From assembly GCA_036513255.1 (NCBI GenBank), contig DATBZH010000037.1:15542-79541 (forward strand): a stretch of 64,000 nt of DNA, read 5' to 3'. The position numbers were made by a program, and so were the translations under genes. Below the pieces are notes generated by a model that searched no databases, was not told the DNA's origin, and worked only from the letters and a program-made list of their open reading frames with translations. Below are positions 36,438-47,060 of the stretch, piece by piece (within the stretch, counting starts at the first letter, position 1; each line of letters opens with the position of its first letter). This stretch comes from Candidatus Sulfotelmatobacter sp. (GTDB taxonomy: Bacteria > Acidobacteriota > Terriglobia > Terriglobales > Acidobacteriaceae).

Positions 36438-37526
36438 ATGTCGGCTCCCGAGTCCATCTTCGTGCGCGCGTGTAAGTCTCTGCCGGTAGAGCGGACTCCG
36501 GTGTGGTTCATGCGCCAAGCCGGGCGCTACATGCCGGAATATCGAGCTGTCCGCAAGCAGCACTCTTTACTGGAGATTTGCAGGAACCCCGCGCTGGCTG
36601 CCGAAGTGACGATCACGGCCGCGGAAAAGCTGGGCGTGGATGCCGCGATTATTTTTGCCGACTTGCTCTTGCCGCTCGAAGTCATGGGATTGCCTTTTCA
36701 TTTTTCAGCGGGCGAAGGTCCGGTGATCGAGAAACCGATCCGCGAAAAAGAAGACATCAAGCGGCTGCGCACCGACCGGGCTGCGGAACTCGGATATGTG
36801 GCCGAAGCCGTGACTCGCGTCGCGAAACATTTTGGCGATCGGCTGCCGGTGATCGGTTTTTGCGGCGCGCCGTTTACGCTGGCCAGTTACATGATCGAAG
36901 GCGGTGGTTCACGGAATTACGTTCACGCGAAGCGAATGATGTACAACGCTCCCACTGATTGGGATGAGCTGTTGCGAAAGCTTGTCGATGTCACGGCGGA
37001 ATACTCGTGCGAGCAAGTGCGCGCCGGAGCGGATGTGATTCAGGTGTTCGACAGTTGGGTGGGTTGTCTCAGCGGAGAGGACTATCGCCGTTACGTTCTT
37101 CCCCGCACAACAGAACTCATCCGGCGCATTCGGCAGAGCGGCGCTCCCGTCATTTATTTTGGCACCGACAGCGCGATGCTGCTTCCATCGATGAAAGAAA
37201 CGGGCGCGGAAGTGATTGGCCTCGACTGGCGTATTCCGCTGGATGAAGGCTGGAGTCGTCTCGATCATAGTTGCGCGGTGCAAGGTAACCTTGACCCCGT
37301 TTTGCTTTTCGCGGAATGGAAAGAATTGAAGACGCGAGCGGAAGATATTCTGCGCCGCGCCGCTGGACGCTCTGGTCACATCTTTAATCTTGGCCACGGA
37401 ATTGTGCCCGAAACTCCGGTAGAGAATGTGATGAATCTAACGCGCTTCATGCAGGAGTACTCGCAGGAATACTCCAATAAGCAATCGGGCGTCGAGAAGC
37501 CGGAAGCGGGAAGCCGGAAACCGTGA
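36438..37526 (+). CDS. hemE: uroporphyrinogen decarboxylase
   Basis: 362 aa. PVWFMRQAGRYMPEYR is the signature motif. The last roughly 12 codons (GVEKPEAGSRKP) are encoded by a GAAGCCGGAAGC-type repeat. Confidence 0.9.
   Translation: MSAPESIFVRACKSLPVERTPVWFMRQAGRYMPEYRAVRKQHSLLEICRNPALAAEVTITAAEKLGVDAAIIFADLLLPLEVMGLPFHFSAGEGPVIEKPIREKEDIKRLRTDRAAELGYVAEAVTRVAKHFGDRLPVIGFCGAPFTLASYMIEGGGSRNYVHAKRMMYNAPTDWDELLRKLVDVTAEYSCEQVRAGADVIQVFDSWVGCLSGEDYRRYVLPRTTELIRRIRQSGAPVIYFGTDSAMLLPSMKETGAEVIGLDWRIPLDEGWSRLDHSCAVQGNLDPVLLFAEWKELKTRAEDILRRAAGRSGHIFNLGHGIVPETPVENVMNLTRFMQEYSQEYSNKQSGVEKPEAGSRKP
37494..37523. repeat. GAAGCCGGAAGC-type repeat copy overlapping the hemE 3' end / hemY start
   Basis: GAGAAGCCGGAAGCGGGAAGCCGGAAACCG. 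Related strings occur at 58699-58736 and 61103-61131. Confidence 0.5.
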
Positions 37527-38908
37527 TGCGCATTGCCATCGTGGGCGGAGGAATTTCCGGACTTCGCGCCGCCTTTACCCTGGAGCAGCAGCGCCGGGGC
37601 GCAAATGCAAATCTGGAATACATGTTGTTTGAATCATCGGCCCGGCTGGGCGGAGTTCTGCGTACCGAGCAAGTTGACGGCTGCGTCGTCGAAGCCGGGC
37701 CGGATTCGTTTCTCACCGAGAAACCCTGGGCCGCGGATCTGTGCCGTGCGCTCGGAATCGGCGACCAACTGATTGGTTCGAATGACGCTGGGCGAAAGAC
37801 TTACATCCTACGCGCAGGTCGGCTGGTCGAAGTTCCCGACGGCTTGATGTTCATGGTTCCGACGAAGATTTTGCCAACTGCATTTTCTCCGCTGTTTTCC
37901 TGGAGGACGAAGCTGCGCATGGCGCGGGAATTTTTCCATCCTCCGGCAACTGCGACGAGCGATGAGAGCGTGGCTTCGCTGGTCGCCCGGCATTACGGCG
38001 AAGAAATGGTCGATTGCCTGGCCGATCCGTTGCTCTCCGGAATTTACGGCGGCAATGCGCAGGATCTCAGCGTGCGCGCCGTTCTGCCGCGCTTCGTGGA
38101 GATGGAGCGATCGCACGGCAGTTTGAGCCGCGCGATGTTGAAGGCCCGCAAACAAGTGCCGCGCCCGAACGTGCAACGTCCGTTATTCACGTCATTGAAA
38201 AACGGAATGGAGCAGTTGCCGCAAGCGATTGTTGCCCGACTTCATCCATCCTCGTTATTGACGAGCACTTCCGTGCAGGCAATTCATGCTGACGGCGGAG
38301 ACTGGGTGATCTCCTCTGGAACTAAGAAGGAAAAGTTCGACGCGGTGATCCTTGCTGTTCCGGCTCATACTGCTGCGTCGCTCCTGCACGACTGCGCCAC
38401 GCAACTATCTGACGAGCTATCCGCTATTCGATACAGCTCGTCGATTGTAGTGGCGCTCGGTTATGACGCGAATGTTCGTCGCACGCTGCCGCCGGGCTTT
38501 GGTTTCCTGGTGCCGCGCAGCGAAGGCAAGCAAATATTGGCTGCGACGTTCGTTCACAACAAATTTTCTCATCGCGCTCCGGATGATCGCGCTCTGCTGC
38601 GCTGCTTTTTGGCGGGAGCGAATGCGGATGCCATGGGCCAACAATCCGACACGGAGATCACCAACGTGGTGCGCGAAGAACTGCGGCAAATTCTCGGGCT
38701 GCGCTCCGTGCCGTTGTTTACGCGAATCTATAAATGGAAGTCGGCGATGGCGCAATATGGCATGGGACATCTGGACCGATTGGATCGCATTGAGCAGCTT
38801 TGCCGAAAGTTGCGCGGAATAGCGCTGGCTGGTAACGGCTATCGCGGGATCGGGATTCCTGATTGCGTGCGCAGCGGGATTGACGCTGCGAATCGACTCT
38901 TAAGCTAA
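37523..38908 (+). CDS. hemY: protoporphyrinogen / coproporphyrinogen III oxidase (HemY-type FAD oxidase)
   Basis: 461 aa. The N-terminal dinucleotide fold is IAIVGGGISGL. The length is HemY-like. The start overlaps the hemE stop (GTGATG). Confidence 0.85.
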   Translation: MMRIAIVGGGISGLRAAFTLEQQRRGANANLEYMLFESSARLGGVLRTEQVDGCVVEAGPDSFLTEKPWAADLCRALGIGDQLIGSNDAGRKTYILRAGRLVEVPDGLMFMVPTKILPTAFSPLFSWRTKLRMAREFFHPPATATSDESVASLVARHYGEEMVDCLADPLLSGIYGGNAQDLSVRAVLPRFVEMERSHGSLSRAMLKARKQVPRPNVQRPLFTSLKNGMEQLPQAIVARLHPSSLLTSTSVQAIHADGGDWVISSGTKKEKFDAVILAVPAHTAASLLHDCATQLSDELSAIRYSSSIVVALGYDANVRRTLPPGFGFLVPRSEGKQILAATFVHNKFSHRAPDDRALLRCFLAGANADAMGQQSDTEITNVVREELRQILGLRSVPLFTRIYKWKSAMAQYGMGHLDRLDRIEQLCRKLRGIALAGNGYRGIGIPDCVRSGIDAANRLLS

Positions 38909-40827
38909 GCGCGGATGTCGTCCGGCTTGCCGCTTTGTTCGGCGCGTAACCGAGCAACGACCAAACGGATGTCGTCATAAGAAATCTCAGGCGGCAAAAT
39001 ATCCTTCAGCGGCTTGAGCGGCTGAAACGGTTCTATCCCCACCTGAGCGCAAGCGGCTTGGATAACCGACTGTTTTTCTTTGCTGATCCAATGTTCCTGA
39101 AATTTGATTCGGCCTGTTGTGACCAGGTTCGCCACAGTGCTGGCCACAGTTGAGACTTGAACGCCGCGCGTGACGGCGATCTCCTCGAAGGTTCGGCCTT
39201 CGTTGAGGAGTTGCAGCGTTTCATCGGCGGGCTTGGCGAGCTTCTTTTGCAGCGGCGCAGAACGCGCGCCGGCGCGGAACCTTGCTAGTGCGTTTAGAAT
39301 CTCGGTTCCGTAGGTCTCAGCCTTGCGCTCTCCGATGCCGGGAATTTGCCTCAGCTCGGCGAAGAACTTCGGCTGCCTGTGGCAGATTTCTTCAAGCGAC
39401 GAATCGTGGAGCACAAGATACGCTGGGATATTGTTTTCCTTGGCGATGGTGCGGCGCCACTCGCGGAGATAGTCGCGCAAATCCGCGTCTGGCTCGGGCT
39501 CGCCAACACCCAATTCCGGACGCTCCTTTTCCTTGGGCGTACTCGTCACAGTTACCGACTTGCCGCGCGCGGCACGCTTTGAGCTTCGCGACGGCACCGC
39601 ATCCGACATCCAATCGGGCACGCTGCCGCAAACGTCGCAGGCATCGCATGAATTCCACTTAGGCGTTTCGCCGAAGTGCGTGCAAATTTGCCGATGGCGG
39701 CACAGCCTGGAATCGACAAAGGCGCGGATGATGTTGTAGCGCTGCCATGCGCGCTCGCGTTCCGCCGAATCCGTGATCTGATTGGCGAAAAAACCGAGCA
39801 GGGCGGCATCTTTCTTTTGCCAGAGCAAAACGCAATCGGCGGGCTTGCCATCGCGTCCAGCACGGCCAGCCTCCTGATAATACTGTTCTATCGACTTAGG
39901 CAGCGACAAGTGAATCACCGCACGCACCGTCGCTTTGTTAATCCCCAGGCCAAACGCAATCGTCCCAACCATTACCCGCACTTCGTCCGAGGTCCAATGC
40001 TCCTGGTTGGCGCGCCGCTGTTCACTGCTCATCTTCCCGTGATAGCCCACGGCGGAGATTCCCTGATCCTGCAGCGAATCCACGGTTTCTTCTACGCGCG
40101 CGATGGTCGGAGCGTAAACGATGACGTTGCCGCTGGAGTAGTGCCGCAACGCCGCAGCGAGAAGATCGGTTTGCTCAAACGATTGATATTCACGCACCAG
40201 GTAACGAAGATTGGGCCGGTGGAAGCTGGCGATGTATTTGTCCGGTTGACGAAGCTGAAGCTGCGCAAGAATATCGTGGCGCACATGGCGCGTGGCGCTG
40301 GCCGTAAATGCGGCGATGGGACGATCGGGAAAATGCGTGCGCAAGCGGCTTAGTTGCCGGTATTCGGGACGGAATTCGTGCCCCCACTCGGAGATACAAT
40401 GCGCCTCATCGATAGCGAACAACGCTATCGGAACGTGCTGCAGCCAGCCGATCGTATCTCCACGAGCGATGCGCTCGGGCGACAAGTAGAGCAGGCGGTA
40501 CGTTCCTTCGCGAGCCTGTCGCATCACGCTCGATTGCTGTTGATCGCTCAGCGTGCTGTTGAGCACCCCGGCTGGAATGCCCATCTGCGCCAGTTGCGTG
40601 GCTTGATCCTGCATCAGCGCAATTAGCGGAGAAATCACCACAACAGTGCGGTCTGAAACTACGGCGGGCAATTGATAGCACAGAGACTTGCCGCCACCGG
40701 TGGGCATCACGACACAAGTGTCATGACCGGCAATCAGGCTCTTAACCACGCGCTCCTGCAGGGGACGAAACGAACTGTATCCCCAATAGCGGCGAAGCGG
40801 CGTCAGTAGGTCAGTTTCCGGAGTCAT
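38905..40827 (-). CDS. recQ: ATP-dependent DNA helicase RecQ
   Basis: 640 aa. It has helicase motifs (MPTGGGKSLCYQLP, DEAHCISEWGHEFRPEY), a Zn-binding Cys cluster, an HRDC-like region and a C-terminal HTH-like domain. Confidence 0.9.
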   Translation of the reverse strand: MTPETDLLTPLRRYWGYSSFRPLQERVVKSLIAGHDTCVVMPTGGGKSLCYQLPAVVSDRTVVVISPLIALMQDQATQLAQMGIPAGVLNSTLSDQQQSSVMRQAREGTYRLLYLSPERIARGDTIGWLQHVPIALFAIDEAHCISEWGHEFRPEYRQLSRLRTHFPDRPIAAFTASATRHVRHDILAQLQLRQPDKYIASFHRPNLRYLVREYQSFEQTDLLAAALRHYSSGNVIVYAPTIARVEETVDSLQDQGISAVGYHGKMSSEQRRANQEHWTSDEVRVMVGTIAFGLGINKATVRAVIHLSLPKSIEQYYQEAGRAGRDGKPADCVLLWQKKDAALLGFFANQITDSAERERAWQRYNIIRAFVDSRLCRHRQICTHFGETPKWNSCDACDVCGSVPDWMSDAVPSRSSKRAARGKSVTVTSTPKEKERPELGVGEPEPDADLRDYLREWRRTIAKENNIPAYLVLHDSSLEEICHRQPKFFAELRQIPGIGERKAETYGTEILNALARFRAGARSAPLQKKLAKPADETLQLLNEGRTFEEIAVTRGVQVSTVASTVANLVTTGRIKFQEHWISKEKQSVIQAACAQVGIEPFQPLKPLKDILPPEISYDDIRLVVARLRAEQSGKPDDIRA

Positions 40828-40935
40828 TTGGTTAAAGCCAACGAGAATTAGTATAGGGGCAAAATTGCGGGCTGACGAAAACGGAGAGCTGTAGCTGCCA
40901 AGGCGGGCTCCCGGAGCGGGAACAGGCTCGCTGGC

Positions 40936-41895
40936 TTACGCTTGTTCGAGATCTCGTTCCGGAGGAAAATATTTTGCGTTGCGGTAAATGCGATGAAACA
41001 CCAGCCACAACGCGCCAATTACTACAAAACACAATGCACTGCCTTCGGGGCCAACCGATCCCCCTGTGATCCAATGAGGGCCACGGAATGAAGAACTGAG
41101 CAGATGGCCGGGAAACACGGTCCCACTGTCGGGCACGGAATAGAAAAATGTCTCTCCCCAATCCCACGCCGCATGGAATCCGACAGCGAACCACAAACTG
41201 CCTGTGCGACGCAAAGTAAGACAGAAAAAGAAACCGATCGCGGCCGCAGCCAGCAAACCGGGCCACTCTTCGCCCCCGTTCCAGTAATGAATTAAGCCAA
41301 AGGCAGACGAAAGCACGACCGCTGCCGGCCAAAAACCAAGACCGCGTGTAAGCGTAAATTGCGTGTAGCCGCGCAGCAGAAATTCTTCAAAGAGGCCGAC
41401 CAACAAGAACATCAGCGCCCAGAACGCGGCGAATTTTGCGATTCGCGCGCCATGCAGCACAATATGGCCGAAATCGAAGGCGTGCAGTTCATACTGTGAT
41501 CCGACGAGAATTGTGATTCCTGCAAATCCCCACAGAGTTCCTACCCAGAACAGTTTACCGAAGGCGTTACGCAACGGAAGTCCGTAGCTGCGCCACGGCC
41601 TCTGCTCCACTTTTGCGAGTATCAGCGACGGGATGATTGCCGCCAGCATTGACCCAAATTCCTCCAGCATCATCGAGCGCAGCTCTTCAAGTTTCCACGA
41701 TTCGCTCCAAAAACCTACTAACCGCTGCAAGCCGTAGAACATCAGGAAATAAAATGCGATCCCCCAGCCCGGGCGCAAACCGCCCGCGCCCATGAAAAGC
41801 GTGTGCCCGTAAGAAGGCTGGGTGGCGGCGGCGAATGTCGGAGCGGAAGAGTGCTGTGACGAATCTTCAGCTTCGCTCTTGTCAATTTCAGTCAT
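40936..41895 (-). CDS. CPBP family intramembrane glutamic endopeptidase
   Basis: 319 aa and multi-TM. It has an EEFLLRGY motif and a downstream FGLIH / HAAWD pair typical of CAAX/CPBP proteases. Confidence 0.8.
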   Translation of the reverse strand: MTEIDKSEAEDSSQHSSAPTFAAATQPSYGHTLFMGAGGLRPGWGIAFYFLMFYGLQRLVGFWSESWKLEELRSMMLEEFGSMLAAIIPSLILAKVEQRPWRSYGLPLRNAFGKLFWVGTLWGFAGITILVGSQYELHAFDFGHIVLHGARIAKFAAFWALMFLLVGLFEEFLLRGYTQFTLTRGLGFWPAAVVLSSAFGLIHYWNGGEEWPGLLAAAAIGFFFCLTLRRTGSLWFAVGFHAAWDWGETFFYSVPDSGTVFPGHLLSSSFRGPHWITGGSVGPEGSALCFVVIGALWLVFHRIYRNAKYFPPERDLEQA

Positions 41896-41977
41896 TTCAA
41901 CCCGTTCATTTCAATCTTATTCATCAGGAGATTACCCGAAACTGGCTGCGCCGTGGTAAAACACTCGACTTGCCATA

Positions 41978-43225
41978 ATGCGTGACTTTTTCACACGCCA
42001 GCGTTTCGGCCGTCCCCAATTTCTTGCGGGCACGCTGTTGTGCGTGTTCTTCGCGCAGGCGCTCTGGCTGGTGAATGCTCAACTTCGGGGAACTTCCGGA
42101 CCGGACGAAAGCGAGGCAATCCGCATCCGCGAAGGATGGAAACAACTGCACGGACGCGGCATAGCGGCCAATCCTTTTTTGGAGGGAACGCCTTCTGAAA
42201 ATCGCGGGCAAGCCTCCAATGACGGGAATGGTTCGCAAGCGTTCGATCGCGATCATTCGCCCTTGGACTATCTAGTTTCGGCCGCGCCAATGCTCGCGTG
42301 GCCACGCAGTGCCTTTGACGCGGGAACTGCCAAATATTGGATGTGGCTGCCGCGAATTCCATTTTTGATGTGTGGAATATTGTTGGGAGCCTCCTTATGG
42401 TATGTGGCGAGAAGACTATGCAGCAACGCCGGAGGACTGGCCGCGCTTACACTTTATTGCTTTTCGCCGGCCATGATTCAGGCAAGCGCCGTCTGGCACA
42501 CGGAGCCGGAACTGATCGCCGTCTGGGGAGCGTTCGGCACAATCTTTACCGCCATCGCCGTTGCGCACACGCTGTATGCTCCGCGCGAGGTCGTCCTCTG
42601 GAATTGGCGACGCATTGTGCTGCTTGGGATTTCGCTGGCCCTGGCGATTGGTACGCAGTTTTCGATGATAGTGCTGCTACCCATGGCGCTGGCATTCTTG
42701 CTTTACGTTGCCCCGGTGCGCCGCAAAGCCGCCTTCGTGATCTGGATTGCTGCGTGCATAGTGGGCATCTTCTTGCTTTTCGCAACGTATTTTTTTCACC
42801 CGCGAATGTTCGCAGACGCAATGTCTCACGCGGTTTTTTGGGGCGCGACGTGGAGAGGGTTTGCCGTCCCTGGAATCTATCGACAGGTCGCCGTCGAAAT
42901 TGGACGAGCGTGCCCGGCGCTCGCCTTTATTCTGCCCGTCGCTATGATTACTTATGCAGCGTGGCCGCGCACCCGGTATTTCGGCAATACCGCCCCGCTG
43001 CTTGTGGCTCTGCTGTTTCTGATTCTCGGTATGGCGCATCCGCATGTTGCGGGGGAAGGATTTCTGCTGGGCGCAGTCCCCTTCCTGTTTCTATTTGTTT
43101 CCGGGGTAATCGCAGATCTGATGGAGACGCACTATCGATCCCTGGTATCCGCTTGCGTTTTTGGCATGCTGGCGGCTTACGCGCTTTGGAGTTTGTTTGC
43201 GCTGGCCCGCGTTCCCCAAGGTTAA
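41978..43225 (+). CDS. polytopic membrane protein, possibly a GT-C (ArnT/PMT-like) glycosyltransferase
   Basis: 415 aa with about 10 hydrophobic helices. An acidic DESEAIRIREGW segment sits in the first loop. The assignment is weak. Confidence 0.4.
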   Translation: MRDFFTRQRFGRPQFLAGTLLCVFFAQALWLVNAQLRGTSGPDESEAIRIREGWKQLHGRGIAANPFLEGTPSENRGQASNDGNGSQAFDRDHSPLDYLVSAAPMLAWPRSAFDAGTAKYWMWLPRIPFLMCGILLGASLWYVARRLCSNAGGLAALTLYCFSPAMIQASAVWHTEPELIAVWGAFGTIFTAIAVAHTLYAPREVVLWNWRRIVLLGISLALAIGTQFSMIVLLPMALAFLLYVAPVRRKAAFVIWIAACIVGIFLLFATYFFHPRMFADAMSHAVFWGATWRGFAVPGIYRQVAVEIGRACPALAFILPVAMITYAAWPRTRYFGNTAPLLVALLFLILGMAHPHVAGEGFLLGAVPFLFLFVSGVIADLMETHYRSLVSACVFGMLAAYALWSLFALARVPQG

Positions 43226-43276
43226 GACGATGGACTTGGGCCGTGAGCGATGGATCGTGATGATCGAGCCGATAAA

Positions 43277-43690
43277 TTACGCCACGGATCCCGGTCCACC
43301 CAGGGATTGTGGCAACTGATCCATGCCCACCACGGAGCAATCGCCGGGCACACGCATTCCCGCCTGCTGAATGGCGTGAATCGCGCGGAGAAAATTTTCC
43401 GTGCCCACGAACATCAGCGCGCCGGTCGCTTTGCCCAGGTCGTTGGTAGTGCTGTTCGCCTGAGCTCCGGGGCCGACCCGAAGGGCGCGTGCAAAGAGAT
43501 TGGGCTGATAGTTCAGTTTTCGCGCTGCGGCAAAGATGCGATCCTGTGTGGGTTTTGGAATCACGCTGGACTGCGGGGCGCGGTTCAATACGAGCGAAAC
43601 CGTTCCCGAGGTGAGCCCAACATAATCTGCCACCGACTTCAATGTGACGGGCCCTGATTTTTTTACGGGACTCTTTTCGATCTTGCGCAT
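43277..43690 (-). pseudogene. LacI-family regulator remnant (HTH plus a short C-terminal fragment, sugar-binding core missing)
   Basis: 137 aa. An intact HTH (VTLKSVADYVGLTSGTVSLVLNR...ARKLNYQPNLFARAL) joins directly to ...AIHAIQQAGMRVPGDCSVVGMD, which in full-length LacI proteins lies about 200 aa further on. Confidence 0.5.
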
Positions 43691-43967
43691 GATTTCTCCA
43701 TTCCGGTTTCTCTGTCGCTTTTCCCTGCCACTCTGAACGGAAAAGCGGTATGAGAAGGGATCGATTTCAGATACACGTGTGCCACGGCACGCACTTTTTA
43801 GTTAGCTAGAAACAGCCAGGCCGGGACATCGGGGTCCGCAGATTGAACTATCCAACTTGGATCAGCATCAACAATCTGACAAAAACCTGCGAGGATGTCC
43901 AATTCAAAAAAGCTATCGCAACGATCAATGGAAAATCGATGTAATTGAGTGGGTCAGCGAGAGAAAT

Positions 43968-46283
43968 TCAGTGAGATTCTTCCGCCGCGGGCGCGGTGTC
44001 AGCGGTATCGAGTTTGACTGCGCCAACATGCGGCATAACTGGTGGAGGCTGGAAGTCTCCTGCATCCTTGCCCGCCATCGCAACCGTCATGAAGTTCATC
44101 CAGATGGGTAGTGCCGCGTGCGCGCCGGTTTCTTTTGCTCCCAACGATCTTTTCTCGTCAAAGCCCAGCCACACCCCGCAAGTTGTGGTCGGCGAAAAAC
44201 CGACGAACCAGGCATCCGTAAAGTCATTGGTCGTGCCAGTTTTGCCTGCAACCGGGAACGGCAATTTGGCGGCGGCAATGCCCGTGCCGTGCAGGACAAC
44301 TTCTCGCAACATCGAAGTCAGAATGCGGGCGGTGCGGGCGCTGATCACATCTTTAACGTCGGGAAAATTTTCTTCCAGCACGCGGCCTTCATAGTCGCTC
44401 ACCTTGGTTATGTAGCGAGGAGTAACGCGTACACCGTCGTTGGGAAACACGCTGTAAGCTGAAGTTTGCTCCAGTAGCGTGATCTCGGCCGACCCGAGTG
44501 CAACGGGCAGATATGGCGGAATCTTGCTGGTAATCCCGAAACGGCCCGCGTATTCGATCACACTCTTAATGCCAACTTTGCTGGCCAGTTTCAGCGCAGG
44601 AATGTTGCGCGACTGGGCCAGCGCGCGGCGCAGCGTGATAATGCCTTCGAATTTTTCATCATAGTTGTGCGGAGAATATGGTCCCGAGGCTGTATCGAAG
44701 GTGACTGGCTCATCGAGGATGGTGTCGTCGGGACTCGCGCCCTGATCGATGACCGTGGTGTAGACGTAAGGCTTAAACGACGAACCGACCTGGCGTAGCG
44801 CCTGGGTGGCGCGATCGAATTTGGATTCGTTGAAATCGCGGCCGCCCACCAGGGCCTCGATACCACCGGTAGCATTGTCGATGGCGATCAACGCCGCCTG
44901 CGCCCCGGAGTCCTGCTCCAGCGTGACGCGCGCGGCGCCGTTGGAAGTGAGCGATAGGATTCTGACGTAGCAGATGTCGCCTGGCTTGAGAATATCTTGC
45001 AGCTTCTGCTTCGTCCACACGGCATCCGCCTGGCCTAACGCGGCTGTATAGCGGCCAAATTTCAACGTGGCAATTCCCGCTCCTGAGGAAGTCACGAGCG
45101 CGTGAACGTAACCGTTGACCGACGGTTCGTCGTCCCAATCGGGATGAGAATATTTGCTCAGAGCCGCGCCTTCCGTGAGTACGTTCTCCAGGCGGCCTTT
45201 CCATCCATGGCGCCGCTCATAAGCCGCGAGACCGTCGAGCACTGCCTGATTTGCGGCCTTTTGGATATCCACATCGAGAGAGGTATAGACTTTCAATCCG
45301 CCTTCGTGAACTTGATCTGTTCCGTATTTGCCTTCCAGGTAGCGGCGAATTTCTTCGACGAAATTCGGAGCGAGCGAATTGGGATCATGCGCGAGATGAA
45401 TAACCAAGGGCGCGGAGCGGGCGTCGGCCGCTTGCGCCGCAGTGATCTTGCCGTCTTCGAGCATAGCGTTGATGACCAGGTTGCGGCGCTTTTGCGCCCG
45501 CTCAGGATGATTGATGGGGGAATAGATTCCGGGCCCTTTGGGCAATCCTGCGAGCAGCGCGGCTTCATCGAGCGTTAGCAGTTTTGCGGGCTTGCTGAAA
45601 TAATATTCTGAAGCTGCTTCGAAGCCATAGACTCCGTGGCCGAGGAAAATCTGATTGGCATACAACGTGAAGATTTGCGGCTTGGTGAAGCGCCGTTCGA
45701 TTTGGATGGCGAGCATTGCCTCCTGCACCTTGCGGTGGAACGAGCGGTCCGGCGAAAGAAAAAGATTCCGCGCCAATTGCATCGTAAGCGTGGATGCGCC
45801 CTGCACCTTGCCGCCGGATTCGACATCGCGATAAGCCGCGCCGACAATACGAAAAATGTTGATCCCCGAATGGCGATAAAAGTCTTTGTCCTCGATGGAG
45901 ACTAGTGCCTCGCGGAGCACCGGCGGGAAGTCGTCGTATGTGACCACCACGCGGCGTTGCAGGGCAAAAGAGCCGATGACGTGGCCATGATCGTCGTAGA
46001 GTTCGGTGATGGAACTCGGACGATACGCTTCGAGCGCTTCGACCTGCGGCAGGTCAGTGGTGTAGACCAGCACAAGACCGGCGGTCGCTCCCACAAGCGC
46101 CGCAACCAGCGCCAACAAACCGAACAAAACGCGGCCCACGAGCTTGCGTCCGGCAACCTCGCCCGGCGGAAGTTGATCGTAGGAGGACTTCATCGGGGGT
46201 TGACTCAGGATAGCACCAGCTTCGCGTCTTTCCCGTTCCCGCGCGCGCCATTGCCCTGGCGCGCACCGGACCTCTTGCGGCAC
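43968..46283 (-). CDS. mrcA: class A penicillin-binding protein (transglycosylase/transpeptidase)
   Basis: It has GT51 motifs (EDKDFYRHSGI, GASTLTMQLARN) and transpeptidase motifs (SSFKP, KTGTT). An alternative start at 46193 (MKSSYD) is likely. Confidence 0.9.
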   Translation of the reverse strand: MPQEVRCAPGQWRARERERREAGAILSQPPMKSSYDQLPPGEVAGRKLVGRVLFGLLALVAALVGATAGLVLVYTTDLPQVEALEAYRPSSITELYDDHGHVIGSFALQRRVVVTYDDFPPVLREALVSIEDKDFYRHSGINIFRIVGAAYRDVESGGKVQGASTLTMQLARNLFLSPDRSFHRKVQEAMLAIQIERRFTKPQIFTLYANQIFLGHGVYGFEAASEYYFSKPAKLLTLDEAALLAGLPKGPGIYSPINHPERAQKRRNLVINAMLEDGKITAAQAADARSAPLVIHLAHDPNSLAPNFVEEIRRYLEGKYGTDQVHEGGLKVYTSLDVDIQKAANQAVLDGLAAYERRHGWKGRLENVLTEGAALSKYSHPDWDDEPSVNGYVHALVTSSGAGIATLKFGRYTAALGQADAVWTKQKLQDILKPGDICYVRILSLTSNGAARVTLEQDSGAQAALIAIDNATGGIEALVGGRDFNESKFDRATQALRQVGSSFKPYVYTTVIDQGASPDDTILDEPVTFDTASGPYSPHNYDEKFEGIITLRRALAQSRNIPALKLASKVGIKSVIEYAGRFGITSKIPPYLPVALGSAEITLLEQTSAYSVFPNDGVRVTPRYITKVSDYEGRVLEENFPDVKDVISARTARILTSMLREVVLHGTGIAAAKLPFPVAGKTGTTNDFTDAWFVGFSPTTTCGVWLGFDEKRSLGAKETGAHAALPIWMNFMTVAMAGKDAGDFQPPPVMPHVGAVKLDTADTAPAAEESH

Positions 46284-46334
46284 GTTTGCTGAGAAAAAAA
46301 CCGAGCCGATGCTCTCGCAGCGGCTTTGCCCGTA

Positions 46335-47060
46335 TCAGAATCTGTATCCGAATCCCAGCGAGATCACGGGATAGAATTTGTAAGGCGCTACCTCTTTGCG
46401 AATTTGGATTTGTTCGGCTTGGAAGCTACTCTGGATTGATGGATCGGCGCTGGCGGCCAGGCACATCATATTTCCAGGACTGCACTGGATGGGGTTCATG
46501 TGCAGAGAGGCCTTCGGCTCGCCGTGGTAGACCACTCCAAACTCGAAGGGGATGCTGACCCGTCGGCCACGGCGCGGAATCAGATTTCCCCAACCCATCA
46601 GAAACATCGGCGCAACTCTACTAAATCCGATTCTGGCCGAACCGGTGATGGGATTGGTGAAAATGCCCGGCGCGGCCTCGGTCGCCGATGTGTCCGAGGT
46701 GTTGGCCTTTACGCGATTGGCATCGTAAGCGAGCCCGGGACTCAGATGGAACGAATTTCCGAAGGGAAACCAGTCGTAATTGGCCTGCAAGGAGAACAGG
46801 CTGAGTTGCGCGACATACAGACTGCCGTCGTCCTTAAGGTCATGATCGTACACAAAATCGTTGAACCCTATACGCAGATTCGCGCGTTGTGTGATGGGAG
46901 TTGCCAGCTCGATTCCAGCGCCCAGGGTTGACATCTTCAGGCCGATGCCGATGTGAGGAAACTTTGGCCGATCATCATCCTGTTGGGCACATGCAGGGAC
47001 AGGCAAACAGAGGATAAAGAGATGCGCTGACACTATGGCCAGCGCGCACAGACGTGACAA
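46335..47060 (-). CDS. outer-membrane beta-barrel protein
   Basis: 241 aa with a signal peptide, alternating beta-strand pattern and a C-terminal ...GFGYRF. Confidence 0.65.
   Translation of the reverse strand: MSRLCALAIVSAHLFILCLPVPACAQQDDDRPKFPHIGIGLKMSTLGAGIELATPITQRANLRIGFNDFVYDHDLKDDGSLYVAQLSLFSLQANYDWFPFGNSFHLSPGLAYDANRVKANTSDTSATEAAPGIFTNPITGSARIGFSRVAPMFLMGWGNLIPRRGRRVSIPFEFGVVYHGEPKASLHMNPIQCSPGNMMCLAASADPSIQSSFQAEQIQIRKEVAPYKFYPVISLGFGYRF

Noticed and set aside
42337-43260. 307-aa alternative-frame ORF within the polytopic membrane protein gene
   Set aside because: Its translation is Arg/Gly-rich and non-hydrophobic. The overlapping frame (41978-43225) gives a coherent multi-TM protein.
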